Source of the DNA: Candidatus Pacebacteria bacterium CG2_30_36_39
GTDB taxonomy: Bacteria > Patescibacteriota > Microgenomatia > UBA1400 > PJMF01
Reading direction: 5' to 3'
NCBI GenBank assembly: GCA_001873435.1
Contig: MNZB01000002.1
Coordinates: 1,620-65,619, forward strand
DNA length: 64,000 nt
The notes under the pieces were generated by a model that saw only the letters and a program-made list of their open reading frames with translations, was not told the DNA's origin and did no database searches. Position numbers and translations under genes: made by a program. Positions 56,643 through 64,000 of the stretch are shown piece by piece. The stretch's first letter is position 1, and the number at the start of each line of letters is the position of its first letter.

Positions 56643-58229
56643 TTAATTGTCTGTTTGACGGAGATAAACAGTCATTGTTTGGTATTGAGTGTCATTTGCA
56701 TAATAAAATGAGTCTAGGTATTGTTGTAATTCATAAAACTTTTCGTTTTCATCTTTCATTACAACAATCATTCTTGGCTTCTCTTTTTTAATTTGAGCTA
56801 GAGTTCTTTCATGGTCTTTGAAATCTTTAATGTGGAAAGAAACTGTAAATCTAGATGTCGGAGTAGTTTCTGAAACGGCATAAAGCATTGGGTTGGTGCC
56901 CCAAATAAAGATTCTATCTAGATTCATGCCTCTAATTATTTTAGCTACTTGGTAGTTATCATTAACCATTGGATTGAAGCCAGAATCATATTCTTCGTTT
57001 GTTATTTCTCCAGAAACAAATTTGTAGAATTGTGAGTAATAATGTCCGGTTTCATATGGGCGAACATTTAATAAAAGCATGATGTATATAGGTAAAGCAA
57101 ATAGTAGTGTACCTAGCAATAGTTCTCGATATTGTTTTTTCCAGAGAGTTATTTTGTTCAAAAATACTCCGACTAAAAGTGAGAATGCCGGTACTACTTG
57201 AAGCAAATAGTGTGGATATGGTCTATTTGATAATAATGAGGCAAAAAGTGAGAGGATGAACCATCCTGAGATAAATTTAAAGATTGGAGAGATTTTTTTC
57301 TTAGCAAAGCTTAGGACATAGATCAGCCCTGCCATGATTAAAACTTTTCCTGGAAGACTAAAGAAGAAGGCAATTAATTGATTGGGGAATTCTGGGTGCC
57401 AAGAACCGCTATAGCGAATATTATAAAGTAGTCCATAGTCTAAATAATCTTTTCCAGAGCCAATTGCGACAAAATAAATAATTGAAGCAATGATCGGTAT
57501 TAGGATTCCAACAAAAAGAGCAATTGATTTGCTAATAAATTTCCAGAATAAAGAAACTTTTTCTTTTATTTCAATTGATTTCTTAATTAGTATTTCTGAG
57601 AATGAGAACCAACCAAGTAAGGCCACAGCTCCAAAGTCTAATAAGGCTGGTACTTTAGTTAAAATTCCAAATCCCAAGAATATTCCTGATGCTATTAGTA
57701 AACCAAATTCTTTTTTGGATGTTTTTTGCAAAGCATCTTCTTGGTTGTCTTCAACAAAGTTTTTAAATAATTTTGTTTTAGCAAAAAAAGTAAGGCCCAC
57801 CATAACAAAGCCCATTACAAATAGTTCTCCATTTGGTAGGTGTCCTTCAAACCAAGGCAAGGTGGTTAGCAGAACAAAAATTAATGAACTGATAAAAGCA
57901 TATTTGGCACTATTAAATAGTTTTTTGGCAAACATAAAAAATAATGTTGTTGTGACAATCATCCAGCCAAAATTTAATAGACGAAAATAAAATTGATTTG
58001 GGACCATTGCTAGGTAATAAATAATTGGTGTTTTATGATCAATTATGTCTGTGTAAAGTTTGAGTCCATTGCGTAGACCAGTACCTAGAGTCAAGTAAAT
58101 TGCTTCATCTCCATACCAGTATGGTTCGAAGAAATTAGGAATACGGAGAATTACTATTAGTAGCCACAAGATTAGGGTTTCGAGGTTTGTTTCGCATTTT
58201 TTGTCTAATTTGAGGAAGAGTTTTTTCAC
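56643..58229 (-). CDS. GT-C fold glycosyltransferase, ArnT/PMT-like (paralog 4)
   Basis: YGDEAIYLTLGTGLRNGLKLYTD..KTPIIYYL first-loop motif. About 12 TMs. Confidence 0.55.
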   Translation of the reverse strand: MKKLFLKLDKKCETNLETLILWLLIVILRIPNFFEPYWYGDEAIYLTLGTGLRNGLKLYTDIIDHKTPIIYYLAMVPNQFYFRLLNFGWMIVTTTLFFMFAKKLFNSAKYAFISSLIFVLLTTLPWFEGHLPNGELFVMGFVMVGLTFFAKTKLFKNFVEDNQEDALQKTSKKEFGLLIASGIFLGFGILTKVPALLDFGAVALLGWFSFSEILIKKSIEIKEKVSLFWKFISKSIALFVGILIPIIASIIYFVAIGSGKDYLDYGLLYNIRYSGSWHPEFPNQLIAFFFSLPGKVLIMAGLIYVLSFAKKKISPIFKFISGWFILSLFASLLSNRPYPHYLLQVVPAFSLLVGVFLNKITLWKKQYRELLLGTLLFALPIYIMLLLNVRPYETGHYYSQFYKFVSGEITNEEYDSGFNPMVNDNYQVAKIIRGMNLDRIFIWGTNPMLYAVSETTPTSRFTVSFHIKDFKDHERTLAQIKKEKPRMIVVMKDENEKFYELQQYLDSFYYANDTQYQTMTVYLRQTDN

Positions 58230-58269
58230 AACTTACAGTGTACAGGTAAATTGCTCGTTAGCTCAAGTA

Positions 58270-59784
58270 TTAAACTTTTTCTGTTACTCGATACTCGATG
58301 TATTTGCCCAGCATTAGCCTAGTATGAGCATCAATTCCAGGTAGAGCAGAAAAGAAAAATCCTACCACTGGCAGCAAAACAAATTCCAATGGCTGCTTGA
58401 TATAAGAAAAAATAGATCTTTTGAGATTTGGATGAGGAGGGCGATTTATGGCATCAAGCACAAAAATAACCACCATAGAAATTAAGGAAATGGTTAATAA
58501 AGTTGAGGTAACCTGTGGCAGGGTTTTTCCAATAATAGTGCGACTGAACTCTTCATTTAACAATGGAGGAAGAGTGGCTGAAACAGTGATAGCAAACCAA
58601 TTAACAGGCCAAAGGAAATGGTCTTCCACTACCTTTAAAACTCTAATAAATTTACCCCAAAAAGGAGCATCATTTAATACAAACTGACGAATGATATAGG
58701 CATCATCACTAACACCCCAAGCCCAACGCTTTAATTGCTCATATTGATTTATCATTGTGGGCCAGAAACCATGAGCTTGTGCTGCATCAGCATAGATAGG
58801 TAAGAAAATTGGGTTAACCTGAAAATCGCCTTTTTTAGCAAAATATGACTTAAAAAATAGACGATAATCTTCTGGAATAACATCAGTATCCCAATACCCA
58901 ATATCATGCACATGCTTTAGAGAAGTAGAATAAGTTGAGAAATTAATTAAACGGTCTCTTCTCATTAAAATATACATTTGAGTAATGGAAAAAATAGCTG
59001 CCATAACTCTAACTGGAGATGGTACATCCCAAATATTATTATAAAAAGCAATGCCACCCTGCCAAATTGTATTAAAAGGTTTCTCAACTGTTAGAAATTC
59101 ATAGGTAAGATTTGAAAAATAATGACGATGAAAACGAGCATCAGCATCCTCAGATGTAATGGTAATATTTTTGATATCCATACCAATTTCATCAACTAAA
59201 AACTTTTTTGCTTGAATAGCACCCCAACAGGTATTAGAAGATTTCCCCTTTATCTCTCCATGGATATCTGGATGAAAAGTGCTCCATAAATGACCAAACT
59301 TTTTTTGAAATTGTTTTAATAAACTCTTTGCTTTATCTTGTCCATCTTGTCCTTCTCGCTCCTCAAAAGACAACATAATATGGATGTTTTTTAATGGATA
59401 AGACTGTTTAGAGAGAGACTCTAAGGTTTTTTCCAGCGTTTCAATAGGCTCTTTATAAGTTGGAATAACAATAATATGGTGAATTGAGTTCCATTTTTCT
59501 GGCAAAGAAGTTTTAAGATCAGTAATCCAATCAAATTCAGAAGATGCCTTAATTTTAAAATGTGCCATAACGGACAGTACCGACATAGTTAGTGATCTAT
59601 AAAGCCAATAAACTGTAAAAGCTATAACGTAGTAAGCGACTGCGGTAGGAATAATAAATGAACCCCAAACTGGGAAGAGAATTAGCGACCAGGAAACGAA
59701 TCCTGGCAAAATTTCTAAAGCTCTTTGAGTGCGGATGGGATGTCTTCTAAAATAGCGACGAATCATGTAGTTATTGTATCCCAT
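58270..59784 (-). CDS. Processive family-2 glycosyltransferase (cellulose/chitin-synthase-like, membrane-embedded)
   Basis: IIVIPTYKEPIETLEKTLESLSKQSYP, DXD (TSEDADA), Q-x-x-R-W (EQLKRWAWG). N- and C-terminal TM bundles. Confidence 0.75.
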   Translation of the reverse strand: MGYNNYMIRRYFRRHPIRTQRALEILPGFVSWSLILFPVWGSFIIPTAVAYYVIAFTVYWLYRSLTMSVLSVMAHFKIKASSEFDWITDLKTSLPEKWNSIHHIIVIPTYKEPIETLEKTLESLSKQSYPLKNIHIMLSFEEREGQDGQDKAKSLLKQFQKKFGHLWSTFHPDIHGEIKGKSSNTCWGAIQAKKFLVDEIGMDIKNITITSEDADARFHRHYFSNLTYEFLTVEKPFNTIWQGGIAFYNNIWDVPSPVRVMAAIFSITQMYILMRRDRLINFSTYSTSLKHVHDIGYWDTDVIPEDYRLFFKSYFAKKGDFQVNPIFLPIYADAAQAHGFWPTMINQYEQLKRWAWGVSDDAYIIRQFVLNDAPFWGKFIRVLKVVEDHFLWPVNWFAITVSATLPPLLNEEFSRTIIGKTLPQVTSTLLTISLISMVVIFVLDAINRPPHPNLKRSIFSYIKQPLEFVLLPVVGFFFSALPGIDAHTRLMLGKYIEYRVTEKV

Positions 59785-59808
59785 CTTTGTTTAAGAGTTG
59801 TTAGCTGC

Positions 59809-60669
59809 TTATTTGCTAAAAGAATAGTTAAAAAACTCTTCAGAATTATTATAAATTTGTTCCAAATCTAATTGCAGCTCTTCCTCAGCAAACTTTGCTG
59901 TTTCAGCAATCATCCATGGTTCACAAACTTTTCCTCTATGCATTTGAGGTGGTAAATATGGAGCATCTGTTTCTATTAGCAATCTGTTCATTGGAACTTG
60001 TTTAATTAAATTACGTAAGGAATCAGCTTTTTTGTAACTTACATTCCCATCAAATCCTATATATCCACCCAATTGAACTGCTTCAGTAACATATTCACTA
60101 GGACCTGAAACACAATGTAAAACAAATTTATCTGTTGGTTTTAATTTTTGTTTAAGAATTTCTAGTGTTTGCCAATAAGCATCTTCTCGATCTTGATCAT
60201 CTCTAACATGAATAATTAGCGGAAGATTATGTTTTTGAGCTAAAGAAATTTGAAGTTTAAATAATTCTTGTTGAGCTATTTGTGTTTTGGCAAATAAATC
60301 AGTTCCTCTTTCTAGCCGAAAATAATCTAGGCCAGTTTCACCAATTGCCTTAACATTTCCATTGGGCAATAAATCATTAAAGAAATTTTCAATTTCCACT
60401 AAAGAAAAATCTAAGGCATGTTCTGGATGTATGCCAATGGCTGCGATAATTTGCTCTTTTTGTTCTGCAATCTCAATTGCTAATAAAGAAGTTTCTTTGT
60501 TGGCGCCAACTACGACCGTGCCAGCAATTTCATGTTGTTGAGCTTGTTCCCAATGATCTTGCCAATTCATTCTAAGTAAATGACTTTTTTCTTCCAACCT
60601 AAAATGAACTGGATTACCAGAATAAAGAGGCTCCAAATTATAGTGGCAATGAGTGTCAATTATTTTCAC
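59809..60669 (-). CDS. tatD: TatD-family metal-dependent hydrolase
   Basis: MKIIDTHCHYNLEP. TIM-barrel DNase pattern. Confidence 0.85.
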   Translation of the reverse strand: MKIIDTHCHYNLEPLYSGNPVHFRLEEKSHLLRMNWQDHWEQAQQHEIAGTVVVGANKETSLLAIEIAEQKEQIIAAIGIHPEHALDFSLVEIENFFNDLLPNGNVKAIGETGLDYFRLERGTDLFAKTQIAQQELFKLQISLAQKHNLPLIIHVRDDQDREDAYWQTLEILKQKLKPTDKFVLHCVSGPSEYVTEAVQLGGYIGFDGNVSYKKADSLRNLIKQVPMNRLLIETDAPYLPPQMHRGKVCEPWMIAETAKFAEEELQLDLEQIYNNSEEFFNYSFSK

Positions 60670-60672
60670 AAA

Positions 60673-62097
60673 TTAACCTATTCTAGGAAGTAGTGGTGAT
60701 AGTGCTGTAATTTCCGTTTTAGAAAAATGATTTTTAATGGTAGCGGCTAATTCTGGCATAAATGGTTGCAACATCTCTGTTAAGAGACGTAATTGAGAAA
60801 TTGCTTCTTTAAGTGTTATATGAGCAGTTGCTACTTCTTGTTTCCAGGGTTGTTTTGTTGCCAAAAATTGATCTAAGTTATTTTGAATTTTTTGAGTTAT
60901 TTGTAAGGCAGCTGCTAAATCATAATTACCCAAAGAATCCAAATATTCTTTAGGTAAAACTGGTTTTAAAGTGTCATTTTTTAATTCAGTTTTTTCACAT
61001 AACTTAGCAATTCTAGAACAAAGATTACCCAATCCATTAGAAAGATTTGCAGTGTAAGTTGTATCCAATTTTTCCCAAGTAACATCCATATCTGAACCAA
61101 ATGGACCAAGGTTCATTAATAAATAGCGAGTAGCATCGGTGCCGTAGCGATCCACCATTTCTTTGGGAGAAATAACGTTACCCAAAGATTTACTCATTTT
61201 TTGACCAGCAACACTAATAAAACCGTTAATCAAAATTTGTTTAGATGGCTGAACTCCCGCAGCAAATAACATAGCTTGCCACATAGCTGATTGTTGGCGT
61301 AGATTGTCTTTCCCAGCAAGTTGAATGCCAGGCCAGAAACGGGCAAATTCACTCATTTCTTCATTATTAGGCCAACCCAAAGTTGAAATATAGTTCACTA
61401 AAGCATCAAACCAAACATACATCACATGTTTGTCATCATTTGGTACGGGAATGCCCCAAGGCATTTTCTCTTTTAATCTAGAAATACTAAAGTCTTGTAA
61501 GCCGTTCTGAACAAAAGCAGTGATTTCTTTCATTTTACTATCTGGTTTAACAAACTCTGGATTTTTAGCATATAAATCCAACAATGGTTGTTGAAAAGCA
61601 CTAAACTTGAAGAAATAGTTTTCTTCTTCTCTGAGTTCAATTTCTTTATTTGGATGAAGTGGGCATTTGCTGTCTACTAACTCTGAATCAGTTTTTTCTA
61701 GTTCACAACCAACACAATATTTCGTTTTATATTCTTTTTTGTAAATATAGCCATTTTTATCGCATAGTTCCCAAAATTTTTGAGCAGCAGCAACATGATG
61801 TGTATCGGTAGTTCTAATAAAATGACTGTATTCTAGGTTTAAAAGCTTTTTTAATTCGCTAAATTTACTAGCATAGAAATCAACATAAGCTTGTGGTTCT
61901 TGATGATTTTTCAAAGCTTCTTGATAAATTTTTTGCCCATGTTCATCAGTACCAGTGTTAAAAACTACTTCTTTACCAAGTAAATCTCTTTGAAAACGAG
62001 CAATTACATCACCAGCCACTATTTCAAGAGCAAAGCCGATATGAGGCTCTGCATTAACATAGGGAAGGGTGGTAGTTAAGTAAAATGTATCTGGCAC
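60673..62097 (-). CDS. metG: Methionyl-tRNA synthetase (short form)
   Basis: HIGH-region PYVNAEPHIGFALE. KMSKSLGN. Zn knuckle CPLHPNKE. Confidence 0.9.
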   Translation of the reverse strand: MPDTFYLTTTLPYVNAEPHIGFALEIVAGDVIARFQRDLLGKEVVFNTGTDEHGQKIYQEALKNHQEPQAYVDFYASKFSELKKLLNLEYSHFIRTTDTHHVAAAQKFWELCDKNGYIYKKEYKTKYCVGCELEKTDSELVDSKCPLHPNKEIELREEENYFFKFSAFQQPLLDLYAKNPEFVKPDSKMKEITAFVQNGLQDFSISRLKEKMPWGIPVPNDDKHVMYVWFDALVNYISTLGWPNNEEMSEFARFWPGIQLAGKDNLRQQSAMWQAMLFAAGVQPSKQILINGFISVAGQKMSKSLGNVISPKEMVDRYGTDATRYLLMNLGPFGSDMDVTWEKLDTTYTANLSNGLGNLCSRIAKLCEKTELKNDTLKPVLPKEYLDSLGNYDLAAALQITQKIQNNLDQFLATKQPWKQEVATAHITLKEAISQLRLLTEMLQPFMPELAATIKNHFSKTEITALSPLLPRIG

Positions 62098-62143
62098 AGT
62101 GGCTATTATAGCCTAGGTTTTAGGCTAAGTCAGATGGGTAAAA

Positions 62144-62590
62144 TTATTGATTTGTTTTTTTGAAATGATTAACTAAAGACCACCAAAAACTAGAACCAAT
62201 GGCTAATATTAGCCCGCTACCAATTCCCCAGAAATCTAGGTTGATTTGTTGCAATTTAATAAAGATTAGCCAGCCAATTAGAACTGACCAAAAAAAACCC
62301 CAAAATTTACGATGGGTTAAAAAACTAAAAAAGAAAAAATTGCCAATTCCTAAAATTAAATGAAAAGGCAAATAGCTATTGGGAAATATCCAGTTTTGTA
62401 TTAATGTTGGTTGAACGTTTTGCATTAAAAACCAAAGTCCAAGATAAAAACCAATGGCAATAAATAGAGTAGGGATTAGGTTGAATGATTCTTTTAGCCA
62501 TTTCTCTAGCCAAGAAAGGTTTAGTTTGGGTTTAACAATATGATTTTGTTGAACTGGTTGACGATTAAGGCGAGAGCGAGCTAATTGCAT
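62144..62590 (-). CDS. Hypothetical membrane protein (4 TM)
   Basis: Hydrophobicity only. Confidence 0.35.
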   Translation of the reverse strand: MQLARSRLNRQPVQQNHIVKPKLNLSWLEKWLKESFNLIPTLFIAIGFYLGLWFLMQNVQPTLIQNWIFPNSYLPFHLILGIGNFFFFSFLTHRKFWGFFWSVLIGWLIFIKLQQINLDFWGIGSGLILAIGSSFWWSLVNHFKKTNQ

Positions 62591-62640
62591 GATTTAAGGT
62601 AGAGACTTAGTCCTATTTTCAAGTATACTCAATCTTACAT

Positions 62641-63759
62641 ATGACACTATGGGTAATTCTTTTATTTCTAGTAGTAATCGCAGGGTTTTTGTTGCTTTAT
62701 TTTACTTTGCAAAAAAGTCTTAATAATCATTCTCAAAATGATCAACAACTTGAAGATGTGGTGCATAAGGTTTTTGGCATGAGTGTGGGTAAAATTGCTG
62801 CTCAAAGCAAGCAAGTTTTGGAGGGTGAAAAACAAGCAATAAAAGTTGATTTGGATAATAAGAAACAAGCCATAGAAAAATTAGTAGAAGACTTGCAAAA
62901 AGATCTTGGTGAGAGACAAAAAGAAATTAGAGTTTTAGAACAAGATAGAGTAAAGAAATTTACTGAAATAACCTCAGCTCTGGCTGAACATCGTAAATTA
63001 ACAGAAGATTTAAGGGGCTCAACAGAACAACTCGCAAAGGTTTTATCTAACAATCAATCTCGTGGTGAGTGGGGCGAAAGAATTATTGAAGATTTAATGC
63101 AAGCTAATGGTTTGATTGAGGGCGTCCACTATTTACGTCAAACAAAACTTGGCTCTTCTACTTTCAGACCAGATATTACTTTAATTTTACCTAACCATCG
63201 CAACGTAGCTGTTGATGTTAAATTTCCGTACCAAGAGATCCAGAAAATGAGTGTGGCAGAAACTAAAAAAGCCAAAGATGATCATATGAAACAATTCGCA
63301 ATTGATCTGAAATTAAAGATTCAGAAAGTTGCAGAATACATCCGTCCTGAAGACGATACCCTGGATTATGCAATTATGTTTGTGCCCAATGAAATGGTGT
63401 TTTCATTTATCAACCAACGTTTTAGTGAATTAGTTGACTATGCAATGGCACAACGGGTGATTTTAGTTTCTCCGTTTACTTTTTTAATTGTTGCTCGAAC
63501 AGTGATGGAGAGTTATCGCAATTTTATGATTGGAGATAAGTTAAAAGAAGTAGTTAAGTATGTTGATGATTTTGTTCTAGAGTGGAGTAAGTTTAGAGAT
63601 GAGTTTGATAAATTTGGTCGATCTATAGATACTCTGAAGACTGGTTATGAAAAAATCACTGATACTCGAACTAAGCAAATGGATCGTAAGATAGAGAAAA
63701 TCGAAAGCTATCGCCAAGGTTCTAGTAAATTGTTAGATAGACCAGCAGATGAGAGCTAG
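62641..63759 (+). CDS. rmuC: DNA recombination protein RmuC
   Basis: N-terminal TM plus coiled coil. GEWGERIIEDLMQANGLIEGVHYLRQ RmuC core. Confidence 0.8.
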   Translation: MTLWVILLFLVVIAGFLLLYFTLQKSLNNHSQNDQQLEDVVHKVFGMSVGKIAAQSKQVLEGEKQAIKVDLDNKKQAIEKLVEDLQKDLGERQKEIRVLEQDRVKKFTEITSALAEHRKLTEDLRGSTEQLAKVLSNNQSRGEWGERIIEDLMQANGLIEGVHYLRQTKLGSSTFRPDITLILPNHRNVAVDVKFPYQEIQKMSVAETKKAKDDHMKQFAIDLKLKIQKVAEYIRPEDDTLDYAIMFVPNEMVFSFINQRFSELVDYAMAQRVILVSPFTFLIVARTVMESYRNFMIGDKLKEVVKYVDDFVLEWSKFRDEFDKFGRSIDTLKTGYEKITDTRTKQMDRKIEKIESYRQGSSKLLDRPADES

Positions 63760-64000
63760 TTTAACAAGCTAGATTTTTTAGCTATTTTTTTGAAATAATC
63801 ATTGAAAAATTGTAGGTCTTTTTTGATTACCACATTCCAATTAGGAACCATATTATGGTCTGTATTTGGATAGGTAAAGTAGTTAATTTCTATTTCTTCT
63901 TTATCAGTATTTTTTCTAGATTCATTAATCTTATTAATCTTTGCTACAAATTCATCTGACCAAGTTTTTAGGGCAGCTTCATCTGTGATTCCATGATGCA
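63756..64000 (-). CDS. Alpha/beta-hydrolase-like protein, C-terminal fragment (gene enters from beyond the window end)
   Basis: Minus-strand frame open to the window edge: ...HHGITDEAALKTWSDEFVAKINK...YFTYPNTDHNM... with an H-G-x-x-D...H pattern. Its stop (63756-63758) overlaps the rmuC stop. Confidence 0.4.
   Translation of the reverse strand, partial: HHGITDEAALKTWSDEFVAKINKINESRKNTDKEEIEINYFTYPNTDHNMVPNWNVVIKKDLQFFNDYFKKIAKKSSLLN

Noticed and set aside
1-64000. CRISPR arrays, rRNA genes, integrases/transposases, prophage or reverse-transcriptase (DGR/retron) signatures
   Set aside because: No regularly spaced direct repeats, no rRNA-like conserved stretches and no recombinase or RT motifs were seen in any frame.

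Overview
The window is AT-rich (about 35% GC by eye), gene-dense bacterial chromosome using the standard code (TGA is a stop, e.g. the ATGA overlap at 5560-5563). The gene content suggests a small-genome lineage, possibly CPR/Patescibacteria-like. Supporting signs: repeated GT-C glycosyltransferase paralogs, a UbiA prenyltransferase next to WecA, an RRM-RGG RNA-binding protein, TspO, and several leaderless or SD-poor starts. This lineage call is inference only. Housekeeping genes recognised from motifs: eno, queA, rlmN, upp, gpmI, rarA, dnaG, xseA/xseB, metG, tatD, rmuC, trxA/trxB, gdhA, galU, malic enzyme, an IMPase-family protein, an RluB/RsuA-type pseudouridine synthase, a riboflavin-kinase-domain protein, hsp20 and a Znu/Tro-type metal ABC importer. 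There are two tRNAs: Arg with the unusual anticodon GCG, and Ser(CGA). Accessory or unusual content worth follow-up: (1) a copper operon (ArsR-YHS fusion regulator, CopA, a DsbD/MerT-like membrane protein fused to a degenerate cupredoxin domain, CopZ) with a start-codon-overlapping palindrome; (2) a CsoR/RcnR-family regulator with a Cys-Glu-Cys sensing signature, a GC-tract pseudopalindrome sitting in its own promoter spacer, and trxA-trxB downstream; (3) a RimK-like ATP-grasp ligase translationally coupled to a 112-aa protein ending in -DFE and to a GIY-YIG protein; (4) an 807-aa tandem ATP-grasp protein whose C-terminal half is Ddl-like; (5) an extracytoplasmic redox cluster of CcdA, a cytochrome-b5-type lipoprotein and an MsrQ-like heme-b membrane protein with no MsrP; (6) four GT-C (ArnT/PMT-like) paralogs plus a UbiA (DPPR-synthase-like) prenyltransferase, WecA/MraY-like GT4, a processive GT2 and a sugar oxidoreductase/aminotransferase pair; (7) a class-A beta-lactamase-like gene with no canonical start codon but a good SD before an ATT; (8) an 11-bp perfect inverted repeat in the hsp20 leader. 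No CRISPR array, rRNA, integrase or transposase was seen.
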